In this document: piece by piece, positions 8,818-17,626 of the stretch
How the letters are laid out: every line of letters begins with the position of its first letter
Position numbering within the stretch: position 1 is the stretch's first letter
Origin: a virus
Lineage: Duplodnaviria > Caudoviricetes
DNA length: 64,000 nucleotides
Virus record (IMG/VR): IMGVR_UViG_3300029288_004207
Span: 1 to 64,000 of that record
Reading direction: 5' to 3' (one strand)
Translations under genes and position numbers: made by a program
The notes under the pieces: model-generated
What the model saw: the letters and a program-made list of their open reading frames with translations, nothing else
Database searches by the model: none
What the model was told of the DNA's origin: nothing

Positions 8818-9678
8818 TTATACTGTTACTGGTGTTTTTTGTGTCAAAAAGTTAAATGCTTTTTGTGCTTGACTTGCCGCCGATATTATGAATTTTGAAT
8901 CGTTTTTTAATACTTCCAACCATCCGTTAATATACGCTTGTGAGTTATTGGTAATTGTAGCCTCTAACCCACATTCAAAACACGCCATATTAGAGCCTAT
9001 CTCTGCGACTAATTCCTCTTTTGCGTATTTATCACTCCCGTATCTTGTCATATCTATACGGTTTAAACGTGTCTCGTGTCCAGTCCAGTGTGTCAATTCG
9101 TGAAATGCTACATTATAAAATTCATTGACTTTTTTAAACTGGTTTAACGATGGTAAATTTATGATATCAAAAGTAGGACTATAACACGCTTCATCAGTTC
9201 CGTAGACAATGTTAGGGTTAAGGTTATTGAGAAGTGTTTCCGCTTTATCAACTGGTAGTAATTCCGATTTTTCAATGGTTACATATTTGTCAATTGGCGC
9301 ATTAGTTTGCTCAATGTTAAAAACGTAATAATAACGTAGTAAGTGAAGCGTTTTTTCTGTTAATTCCTCTTCACCATTATCATTAGTACTTGACTTGGTA
9401 ACAGATACGTTTTTAGTAAACACAACTAAATTACCTTTTGCTCCATCGTTAACCTTATAACCATTTTCAGTTATTTGTTTGAAGCTGGCAAAAAGCGGGT
9501 TAGTCCATTTGTTTGACATCATGTTCAAGTTTAGTAATAGCGTGTTTATACCAGTGTATTTATGGTTGGAAATAAAGTTTTTCAATGTTCCATTAGTAAC
9601 CCAAGTTTTTTGCCATGCGATTTTACCGTGTTTTAACCCATCAATTACAAGATTGGTTACTATTTCGGGTACGTTCAT
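8818..9678 (-). CDS. ardC: ArdC-family antirestriction protein (ssDNA-binding plus zincin-like domain)
   Basis: PW-like WQKTW, YTGINTLLL, FHELTHWTGHETRLNR, YAKEELVAEIGS motifs. Confidence 0.9.
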   Translation of the reverse strand: MNVPEIVTNLVIDGLKHGKIAWQKTWVTNGTLKNFISNHKYTGINTLLLNLNMMSNKWTNPLFASFKQITENGYKVNDGAKGNLVVFTKNVSVTKSSTNDNGEEELTEKTLHLLRYYYVFNIEQTNAPIDKYVTIEKSELLPVDKAETLLNNLNPNIVYGTDEACYSPTFDIINLPSLNQFKKVNEFYNVAFHELTHWTGHETRLNRIDMTRYGSDKYAKEELVAEIGSNMACFECGLEATITNNSQAYINGWLEVLKNDSKFIISAASQAQKAFNFLTQKTPVTV

Positions 9679-9797
9679 TTATATTCCTTTTCCAACCACG
9701 CCAGAATCTAACTTGTAAGTATTCTATTAACCCTTGTAACCGGTAAACATTTATGTTATTTATATTGACGGATAGTGCCTAGATAGGAATTATGTTA

Positions 9798-10106
9798 TTA
9801 ACAACCCATTCTGCGCTCTGCACGTTCTTCTGCTAACATTGCGTGAAGTATTCTAGTTTCTTCAATATCCTCTTCATACATAGTACGAGCGATTATTTCT
9901 GCCTGTTCTTCTCTGATACCAATGGGAAGAGAAACTGGGCAATCTTTACCATGTTGGATATTGAAGCTAGGTTTAAAAGTCACATCATCGTCATAATCGT
10001 TATCGGGATGATACCAGTTACGTATAATAGTAACTGTGACTTTTTCTCCATCCTTGCAATAGTATGTATCTCTTATATCTGGCAAATTGAATCCATCATC
10101 ATACAT
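9798..10106 (-). CDS. Hypothetical protein, IR-bracketed
   Basis: ORF with RBS; arms at 9762-9788 and 10126-10152. Confidence 0.75.
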   Translation of the reverse strand: MYDDGFNLPDIRDTYYCKDGEKVTVTIIRNWYHPDNDYDDDVTFKPSFNIQHGKDCPVSLPIGIREEQAEIIARTMYEEDIEETRILHAMLAEERAERRMGC

Positions 10107-10123
10107 TGTTTGTAATTCCTTTC

Positions 10124-10415
10124 AGTCCTATCTAGGAATTATCCGTCAATATGTTTCCGGTTTAACATAGAGCCTGCAACTTGCGGACTCAAATAACCTA
10201 GATTGTTAAGTACTCACATAATGGTATAGAGTAGTATCATATTAAATATAGTCCTATTGTATCCAAATTGCAACACCTGCACTATAAAGATTTCATAAAT
10301 TTTTCATAAAGATTTCTATATATAATATGTAAGCACTTACTAGTTTTTAATACTGAAAAACGGCATGTATTTATCAGGTCTAAAAATAGCATGAGACACG
10401 CTATAATCAAAATTT
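10124..10415. repeat. 292-bp direct repeat, copy 2
   Basis: Matches 5554-5845. Confidence 0.95.
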
Positions 10416-10625
10416 AAGGGGTTAAAATCTTTTTTTGGTACAATCTATCATAAAAACAATTTAACAACCTTATTTTTAAAAATCAAAGCTAAAATCTTAC
10501 ACGGTATAGTGTAGGGTATTCATAGTATTTATGTAAAGTGTCAGGGTGTCAAGGGGGAAAATATTAGAACTAAAATACTAATATTATGTTAATATTGCGT
10601 TTGGGAATTGTTAAAATATAAGGCG

Positions 10626-10655
10626 TGACGATATGTGACGATACGTGACGTTATT
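10626..10655. repeat. Three tandem 10-bp repeats GTGACGATAT/GTGACGATAC/GTGACGTTAT
   Basis: Direct reading; lies in a long non-coding region. Confidence 0.7.
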
Positions 10656-10842
10656 TAAGCGTATCGCCACGATTGACGGGGTATGACTGGATAACGCCGA
10701 GGTAACGACTACTAACGTCACACAATAGGGGATTAAATTTGAGGATTTAACCAAAATATTATCGTCAGGGTATATAGATAGGTAGACGACAGGGATAGAA
10801 ATTAATTACTGTCAAGGTGTGGTCTGACGTTATTTTAATCAG

Positions 10843-10986
10843 TTAGGTATGAGTAACTTTATAGCCTTTTATTGGTTTATGGAGCTTGTAAGATAAGAGT
10901 ATCGGCGAGCCACCTTTTTCTCCCCATCGCTGAAATGCCGTTGTGCCATACTTTTTTCTTATTTTCTCAACGCTACGTTTAGCCAT
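10843..10986 (-). CDS. 47-aa basic protein with a WGEKGG motif
   Basis: Own translation MAKRSVEKIRKKYGTTAFQRWGEKGGSP...; own promoter and RBS. Confidence 0.65.
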   Translation of the reverse strand: MAKRSVEKIRKKYGTTAFQRWGEKGGSPILLSYKLHKPIKGYKVTHT

Positions 10987-11021
10987 TTTTCTCACCCCAC
11001 TTTCTTTTACGAGACTACCTT

Positions 11022-11050
11022 AGTATAGCAAGGATAAGCCTGAATGTCAA
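11022..11050 (-). promoter_or_regulatory. Sigma70 promoter TTGACA-N17-TATACT
   Basis: Divergent partner of the 11083 promoter. Confidence 0.75.
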
Positions 11051-11082
11051 GGTCTATCGTGAAAATATTCTTGAAAAACTAC

Positions 11083-11111
11083 TTGACAAATAAGACATAT
11101 ATTGCTATAAT
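11083..11111 (+). promoter_or_regulatory. Sigma70 promoter TTGACA-N17-TATAAT with extended -10 TG
   Basis: Exact consensus. Confidence 0.9.
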
Positions 11112-11143
11112 ACAGAAAGTGATATATAGCGTCACAGGAGTTA

Positions 11144-11488
11144 ATGGTTATGTTAAAAAAGAAAAAAACAATGAAGTTAGGTTTATCGCAACAGGAATTT
11201 TTAATATCTGCTAGTTTAGATGATAGTCCTAAACATGGGTATGCAATATCAAAGGAAATTTCAGACCATACAAGCGGATTAGTAAAATTTAGTGCTAGTA
11301 CGCTTTATGGGAATATAAAGAATATGCAAGATAGGGGGTTAATTAAACTAGAAGAAACTAAAGAGCAATCAGGTAGGTTGCAAAAAATATATGGGCTTAC
11401 TGATTTAGGTAAAACTAATTATGTAAGTCAATCAAAGGTGTTAAAAATGTTTATGAGTAAAAATAAGAAAGGACAAAACAATGAATAA
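11144..11488 (+). CDS. PadR-family winged-helix transcriptional regulator
   Basis: PKHGYAI...STLYGNIKNMQDRGLI...KIYGLTDLG. Confidence 0.9.
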   Translation: MVMLKKKKTMKLGLSQQEFLISASLDDSPKHGYAISKEISDHTSGLVKFSASTLYGNIKNMQDRGLIKLEETKEQSGRLQKIYGLTDLGKTNYVSQSKVLKMFMSKNKKGQNNE

Positions 11489-12176
11489 AAAGGTACAAGC
11501 GATATTAGTTCTAGACGAAAGCGGAAGCATGGGAGTAATAAAGGATAAAACAATATCTTGTGTTAATGAATATATCAACAGCCTATTGCCACAGGGAAAG
11601 ATGTGTCACATTACCTTGGTAAAATTTCGCCAAGATGATATATCTTTTATTTGTGAAGATGTTCCAGTTAAGGATGTTCCTAAGTTAGATTACAATAGAT
11701 ATAAACCTAATGGGGGAACACCATTATTGGATGCGGTTGGTAAAACGATAAAAGCTACACAAGCACAGATTGATAAGGCTAAAGATAAACCAGATATTCT
11801 TTTTATTGTTATGACGGATGGTGAAGAAAATAGTTCAAGGGAGTACAATCAAAAACAAATAATAGATATGATAAGTGAAAAAGAAAAAGTTGGTTGGACT
11901 TTCGTTTATCTTGGAGCTAATCAGGATTCTTGGGCTTCAGCTTCAGGTATAGGCTATGCTTCTAGAGGTAATGTGCTAGATTTTGTAGCAAGTGATAATG
12001 GCATGGAAAAAGTAATGTCAAGAACTATCGGGGCTACAGCAAAATATTTTAGTGGTAGGAAGCAATTCTATGCTACTCATGCTTTAGCAGGGCATGATTT
12101 AGATAAAGTATCTTATAGTACAAAAACATTTTATGGTAAAAATAAAAAGGAAGGTGGAAAATATGGCAAATCCTAA
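11481..12176 (+). CDS. VWA-domain protein
   Basis: MIDAS LVLDESGSM, GGTPLLDA, IVMTDGEENSS. Confidence 0.9.
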   Translation: MNKKVQAILVLDESGSMGVIKDKTISCVNEYINSLLPQGKMCHITLVKFRQDDISFICEDVPVKDVPKLDYNRYKPNGGTPLLDAVGKTIKATQAQIDKAKDKPDILFIVMTDGEENSSREYNQKQIIDMISEKEKVGWTFVYLGANQDSWASASGIGYASRGNVLDFVASDNGMEKVMSRTIGATAKYFSGRKQFYATHALAGHDLDKVSYSTKTFYGKNKKEGGKYGKS

Positions 12177-12423
12177 TCGGTCACTATGGAAAGTTTATGC
12201 GGTTGACCCTCGTAAGTCAGGCAAGGTACTTATGGATGGTAAATCTGTGGTTGCTATCACAGAAGGCGAGGCACAAATGAAATCAGGCGTTGGCGAGATA
12301 ATAGCTAAAGAAGGACTAGACTTTGAACAGGTAGATATATACTGCGAGAAAATAGCCGAATTTATACGCCCACATAAGGATACTCAAAAAGTCGTCATTG
12401 CCAAAGATGAAGAAATTGACTAA
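12133..12423 (+). CDS. Hypothetical protein (probable start MANPN at 12163)
   Basis: Coupled to the VWA gene. Confidence 0.7.
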   Translation: MVKIKRKVENMANPNRSLWKVYAVDPRKSGKVLMDGKSVVAITEGEAQMKSGVGEIIAKEGLDFEQVDIYCEKIAEFIRPHKDTQKVVIAKDEEID

Positions 12424-12444
12424 AAATTAATACGGTTAGCATTT

Positions 12445-12480
12445 AAGCCCCTGAATCTAAAAGTTTGGGGGCTTTTTCTT
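12445..12480 (+). terminator. Intrinsic terminator
   Basis: AAGCCCC...GGGGCTT stem followed by a T-tract. Confidence 0.75.
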
Positions 12481-12505
12481 TATGAAATCTTTATAATTGG
12501 TGGGA

Positions 12506-12534
12506 TTGACAAATATGGATATTAACTATATAAT
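12506..12534 (+). promoter_or_regulatory. Sigma70 promoter TTGACA-N17-TATAAT
   Basis: Exact consensus. Confidence 0.85.
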
Positions 12535-12563
12535 GTGTGTAGGTGGAATAATCTAATGATTAC

Positions 12564-13220
12564 ATGGAGAAGCGTTTAATGACGAATCAACTTATCCAAA
12601 AGAAAAATAAGTCTCCGATTGTTAAACCAACTATTCAGATTAACTATGATGATACAACTTTACTGGAAAACAAGTTAGCTGAAGGTTTTTCAAAGTTAGA
12701 TAATAAATCAGGCGAAAAAGCATTTAACAGTTTAAAATCAGAATATGATAGCCTTAAGTTAATCTTCAATAATTCTCCTATTGGTGATTCAATTATCAAT
12801 ATAGATAAAATCAATAAACTAACATCATCTCTTTACTTGCAAGGTTTAAAATTACTTAGTTCTTCATTAGAATATATCAGGCAACTTAGTACAGCGGATT
12901 ATGTTTTAATGGAAACAGAACTTACCTGCCTTGAAGATGAATTAAAAACATGTAGCAATAATCTTAAATCTATCGTGCAGGAGCGTATAGAAAAGAACAA
13001 AAAATCATTACAGATAGTTAAAGGATACCGTGACAAGATTGATGAACTGCTATGCCAAGTAGGACTTTGTAAGGATGCTATTAAAGAAATAAGGTTGGAA
13101 TTACCTGCGCTAATGGCACATAAACCTAAAGATGAATTTGATGACATTCTTAATGAGTTAAACTCTAGGATGAAATATGCACAAAGAGTTAAAGACGAAT
13201 ACGAGAAGCAAGGCTTATAA
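12564..13220 (+). CDS. Coiled-coil protein upstream of the TelA-like gene
   Basis: Helical, L/E/K-rich. Confidence 0.7.
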   Translation: MEKRLMTNQLIQKKNKSPIVKPTIQINYDDTTLLENKLAEGFSKLDNKSGEKAFNSLKSEYDSLKLIFNNSPIGDSIINIDKINKLTSSLYLQGLKLLSSSLEYIRQLSTADYVLMETELTCLEDELKTCSNNLKSIVQERIEKNKKSLQIVKGYRDKIDELLCQVGLCKDAIKEIRLELPALMAHKPKDEFDDILNELNSRMKYAQRVKDEYEKQGL

Positions 13221-13394
13221 AGGAGAGATATGCACATCAATTTAAAGACATTAAAAACCATAGGTGTATTAGTTGGAATAGGTATTCTGATTTATTTGCT
13301 TTTCCACTTTTTCTGGCAGATAGTAGGATTAGTTATCTTGGGACTGGTTATATGGTTAATTGTTAAACAGATTAAAAAACAAAAGGTGTAAAAT

Positions 13395-13667
13395 ATGAAT
13401 GAATTTAATATCTTAATCGTTGCCCCAACAGGATATGGTAAATCTAACTTGGCAGATGCCATAAGAAATGCTATATTTAAGGCAGATATTAATGCTCATA
13501 TTCATGTAGACGACCATGATAGAGAGAAAAAAGATATGGGTGATGGGATTAACATATATAATATAGTAGTAAGACAGAAGGCGACAGAAGAAGATGCGGA
13601 AAAAGCTGATGTAGTAGTAAATATCAATAACAAAAAATTTATTAATAAATACCACGAAATAATATAA
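13395..13667 (+). CDS. Short P-loop-containing protein
   Basis: APTGYGKS Walker A. Confidence 0.6.
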   Translation: MNEFNILIVAPTGYGKSNLADAIRNAIFKADINAHIHVDDHDREKKDMGDGINIYNIVVRQKATEEDAEKADVVVNINNKKFINKYHEII

Positions 13668-13887
13668 GAAGGAGGCTAACTATGGCACTGAAAATCGTTT
13701 ATGAGGATGACAAGAAAATCACTACTTATTCCGTAGACCTTGCAAAAGGCAAAAAACTATTGCAAGATATGGAAAGCAAAGTAGAAAGTGCCGTCAACAA
13801 AGTCAGTGACTTTTTTGGTGGTACGGTTAAAAAAGAAACTCTAACTAAAGAACAAAAATAAAAAATAAAATAGGAGACATAGCTTTA

Positions 13888-15120
13888 ATGGTTACTGAAG
13901 AAAAAAACGAAAAAACGGAAAAAACAGAAATGACTGATATCGTTTCTATGGAAATAGCAGAGGTCAACCCTGCTGTTAAGCCGAAAAATCTAACCGAGGC
14001 TCAAGCGGATAATATCAAGGAACAGGCTAAAAAAGCTGTAGATAATCTAGTAAAATCCGAAGGAGCTAATTCCTTGACTGTTGCTGACCAGATTACCAAT
14101 ATCGGTGTTCAAGACCAGAAAAAAGTTACATCTAGTATAGAACTTCTCCAAGAGAAAATGGGTAATGTTTTCTACGGGGAAAACAAAAATGCTGTAACGG
14201 AAAAAATAACTACCGATATTGGGACTCTCCAAACGGCACTTGCCAGAATAAATCCCAAAGATATCCAAAAAGAATCGCTTTACCGGATTCTGCGGTATGT
14301 ACCTTTTATCGGTAATTGGGCTGTCCGTGTTCTCAAAGAATCGGCAAATCGTGGTATGGAAATCAAAGAGTTTGTAGAGCATCTTGATGAAACTATTAAA
14401 CATGGCGAAAACATGCTACGTATGGATAATGCCCAATTAACAGCGATGTATGCGGAAATAGAAGAAAAACAGAAACTTATCGGCACGGATGCTTATTTCG
14501 CTGAAGTATTGATGGAAGAACTTGATAAAGTTACCAAAGATATGACCGATGAAAAGAAAAAGAATAGTCTTAAAAAGGTCTTATTCAAGGTAGCAACAAG
14601 GGCAAGCGATTTACGTATCATGGAAAATCTGCATGAGCAATTCTTTGTAAGTATTGCCATGACCAGAGATAACAATGATTATCTGATTGATGCCGGACGT
14701 AGATTAAGAACTGGTGCAGTACCTTTGGTGGCTATATCGTTTGCTATCTACAATGCTTTATCTAGACAGAAGAAAGTTTTGGAAGTAGCTAAGGCTACAA
14801 AAGAATTTTTGGGTAATCAGATGCTTACTAACGCTACGATGATTAACAACGCTGTAACGGATATAGGCGATATTGTAAAGCAACCGATGATTGCTATGGA
14901 GAAAATAGAAGCTGCTATTGCTCAACTGGAACAGGCTATTGATAAAACTAATCTTATCCAGACTGAAGGTATTGAACGTGCTAAAGAAACTATAACTAGA
15001 GTTACAGTTATGACTGAAGAAATCCGTAAGAAAGCTACGGAACTACCCGATACTGATGTTAAATCGCTTGAGGGTAGTAGTATCATTAATGGCGATTTTA
15101 AGTTGTTAGAGAATAAATAA
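13888..15120 (+). CDS. Toxic anion resistance protein, TelA/KlaA family
   Basis: Long helical protein with family-like features (RYVPFIG, LRMDNAQL, KVATRASDL, ALSRQKKV). Confidence 0.75.
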   Translation: MVTEEKNEKTEKTEMTDIVSMEIAEVNPAVKPKNLTEAQADNIKEQAKKAVDNLVKSEGANSLTVADQITNIGVQDQKKVTSSIELLQEKMGNVFYGENKNAVTEKITTDIGTLQTALARINPKDIQKESLYRILRYVPFIGNWAVRVLKESANRGMEIKEFVEHLDETIKHGENMLRMDNAQLTAMYAEIEEKQKLIGTDAYFAEVLMEELDKVTKDMTDEKKKNSLKKVLFKVATRASDLRIMENLHEQFFVSIAMTRDNNDYLIDAGRRLRTGAVPLVAISFAIYNALSRQKKVLEVAKATKEFLGNQMLTNATMINNAVTDIGDIVKQPMIAMEKIEAAIAQLEQAIDKTNLIQTEGIERAKETITRVTVMTEEIRKKATELPDTDVKSLEGSSIINGDFKLLENK

Positions 15121-15224
15121 TGTTTTAGGTGTCCACTATATTATTGGAACTATCGGTAAGCGTAATCTTAACCGAGCCTAAAGAATATTTACAGGAGGTA
15201 TGTTCTAATGAACTCTTATAAACT

Positions 15225-15935
15225 GTGAAAGTTATTTTAACATTTATAATTGCCGCAATATTTGTATATGTTGGTGCTAATATGTTGCCAGCAATTGGAG
15301 AAGCAACAAAAACAGTAGCCGAAAATCAAGAAGTAGGTAGTGGTGTTCAAGGTTTAGCTAGTGTACTTCCTTCAGTAATGATTATCTGTTTTGCAGCAAC
15401 GATAATATTTGGTTTAGTAAAAATGATGAGTAATAATGGAAAAGAAAAGAGTAAATCCATTACAGTCAGACTTGTTAGAAACGCTAAAGATTTTGTAGTA
15501 TCTATCAAAGAAGCATCTAATGGGTTAAGCCAGTATATCAATAATCTTGATGAACTTTTAAATATCAAAACTATAGAAGATTACAAGTTTGCTACTGAAT
15601 ATGGTTTAAATATGATAGGTAACAATCTTTTAATATGTGGTGGAGATACGATATGGGATTGGTATATCACGGAAAAACACCCTGATATGGATGTTTTTAA
15701 AGTAGTAGGTTTACACAAGAGAGATGCTTCTAAGAATGTTTTATACTTGCTTGGTAAAAACAGCGAAACCAACGCACCATTTCTTTATAAATTACCTGAA
15801 CAATATATTGATAAAGAATGTATAAAGGAGTGCGTTAAAGAAACAGGTATTGAAAAAGAAATGGTTGCAGTTCCGGTTAATATTGAAAATAAAGAACAAC
15901 GGTCAAAATCTTACATAGAAGATTCTAAACCATAA
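15225..15935 (+). CDS. Fusion: N-terminal paralog of the 67-aa capsid-like protein plus a soluble domain
   Basis: ILTFIIAAIFVYVGAN...SGVQGL...FAATIIFGLVKMMS aligns without long gaps to the spliced 20414-21052 product. Confidence 0.85.
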   Translation: MKVILTFIIAAIFVYVGANMLPAIGEATKTVAENQEVGSGVQGLASVLPSVMIICFAATIIFGLVKMMSNNGKEKSKSITVRLVRNAKDFVVSIKEASNGLSQYINNLDELLNIKTIEDYKFATEYGLNMIGNNLLICGGDTIWDWYITEKHPDMDVFKVVGLHKRDASKNVLYLLGKNSETNAPFLYKLPEQYIDKECIKECVKETGIEKEMVAVPVNIENKEQRSKSYIEDSKP

Positions 15936-15945
15936 AAAGAGATAT

Positions 15946-16743
15946 ATGGAACAACAATTTATTGATTCTTTCCAACCAATAAATGAAGCTATCGGAATAA
16001 GTAGCAGTTTGATGTGGTTATTGGCGTTTTTTGCAGTGGCTATTATACAACTAACGGTTAGTTATAGAATTACTGGTAGTATAATTGTTCCCGTGATATT
16101 GAATATGTGTCTTTTTATCTTTGGCGTAGCATTAAAGTTAATACCTGCTTGGACAACAATAATAATCTTCATCGTATCTGTGATATATGTAAGTTATAGA
16201 TTTTTTTCTAATAATGTTGAAAGTAACAAAAAATCTAAACGTATAGTAAAGACCAAAGTAACGACAAAACGAGAAAAACTGATTGAGCGACTTGAGGAGT
16301 ATAGTCAACAGTTTGAACAATATCATAATAACTTGGATGAATTACTCGGAATAAAAACAAGGATTGTATTAGCAAGATGGGATAAAGGTATATTAGATGA
16401 TAACAGCTTAGTTTTAAAAGATGGTGTTCTTGAAATTAGTAAATATTATGATTGGTATATTATTGATAAGCATCCAATACTAAATATATTTAAGATTGTA
16501 GGAATAGATAAGTCTGAAAATGACGATAATGTAGCGTATTTGTTGGGAGAAAAAGAAAATAAACCGTTCTTGAATAAATTGGATAGTAAGGATATAAATG
16601 ATGGCAAAGATATCGTTGAGTTGTTAAAAGAATCAGATGAAAATAACGTAATGGGTTCGGTACTAGGTTTGTTATTTCTAGTTGTAGGGACTCATTTGTC
16701 GCCGTTTATAAATGAGTCAATAAAAGAAGTAGCAAAGAAATGA
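15946..16743 (+). CDS. Membrane protein sharing the soluble domain of 15225-15935
   Basis: Shared NNLDELL.IKT...DWYI..KHP...FK.VG...YLLG...PFL. Confidence 0.85.
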   Translation: MEQQFIDSFQPINEAIGISSSLMWLLAFFAVAIIQLTVSYRITGSIIVPVILNMCLFIFGVALKLIPAWTTIIIFIVSVIYVSYRFFSNNVESNKKSKRIVKTKVTTKREKLIERLEEYSQQFEQYHNNLDELLGIKTRIVLARWDKGILDDNSLVLKDGVLEISKYYDWYIIDKHPILNIFKIVGIDKSENDDNVAYLLGEKENKPFLNKLDSKDINDGKDIVELLKESDENNVMGSVLGLLFLVVGTHLSPFINESIKEVAKK

Positions 16744-17345
16744 AAATATTAGGTTATCATATTCAAGATAATATAATCATCAATTCAGATGGTGAATATC
16801 GTAATAAAAGTCCCTATATTAGTTTCTTGATGGATAAAAAGCCTGATACAATAAGGATTTTTGGTAATCTTTATCAGTCTGTGTTAGATTTATCAAGATT
16901 ATTGAATTGGGGGGATAATCTTTTAAAAGAATTGCTGGCAACCTCAAAGATAAAATTTACCCCATATAAAATAGCATATAAACAAGACAGTTTTTTAAGT
17001 ATCAAGAGGTCTAATTATTTAAGTAAAATGAAATCAAAACTAACTTATTATGGAGATTTATCAAAATATATTATCTTAGATGCTGATACGCCATTGAAAA
17101 ATGCTATATATGTCAAAGATTGCGGTCAACAGGTATATGATATGTTAGTAGAACTTGGCATGAATCCTATAAATTTAGTTAATCCATTTAAGCAGTATGT
17201 TAAAAATAAAATTTTAATAGAAGATTATCATTCGTTGGAATGGCATTTAGAAAAAATGGAACAAGAATATAATAAAGCATCTGATGTAAAGAAGTTGGTT
17301 ATAAATCAGATAATGGAAGGTTTGAAAGGTGAAACATCAAAGTAA
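16740..17345 (+). CDS. Hypothetical protein
   Basis: ATGA-coupled ORF. Confidence 0.75.
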   Translation: MKILGYHIQDNIIINSDGEYRNKSPYISFLMDKKPDTIRIFGNLYQSVLDLSRLLNWGDNLLKELLATSKIKFTPYKIAYKQDSFLSIKRSNYLSKMKSKLTYYGDLSKYIILDADTPLKNAIYVKDCGQQVYDMLVELGMNPINLVNPFKQYVKNKILIEDYHSLEWHLEKMEQEYNKASDVKKLVINQIMEGLKGETSK

Positions 17346-17517
17346 ACGTTTTGGACTATACTATCTAACATTTCTTTTTCTGGTAACTTTAAGTATTATC
17401 GGGTTTTTCTTGACATTTGCCTTAAGTTGCCCTTATTATCTTATCCCTATAGGATTATTGATAATCTTTATTATTTTAGGTTTTAATAAAAAGGTTGATA
17501 AGTGGCTGAAAAGGTAG
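17329..17517 (+). CDS. Small two-TM membrane protein
   Basis: Hydrophobic ORF. Confidence 0.6.
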   Translation: MKHQSKRFGLYYLTFLFLVTLSIIGFFLTFALSCPYYLIPIGLLIIFIILGFNKKVDKWLKR

Positions 17518-17626
17518 AGTATGAGAAATGATGAGTTAAAACACAAACGAGTGCAAGGTATACCTATAATCAAACATGGTGCGCCCCAGCCTGGAATAAC
17601 CAAAAAGGAGTTTATGGATGTTTTGG

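Noticed and set aside
4161-10152. IR arms as classical integron attC sites
   Set aside because: attC is a compact local hairpin with RYYYAAC/GTTRRRY ends; these arms enclose whole genes, lack those ends, and no integrase is in the window
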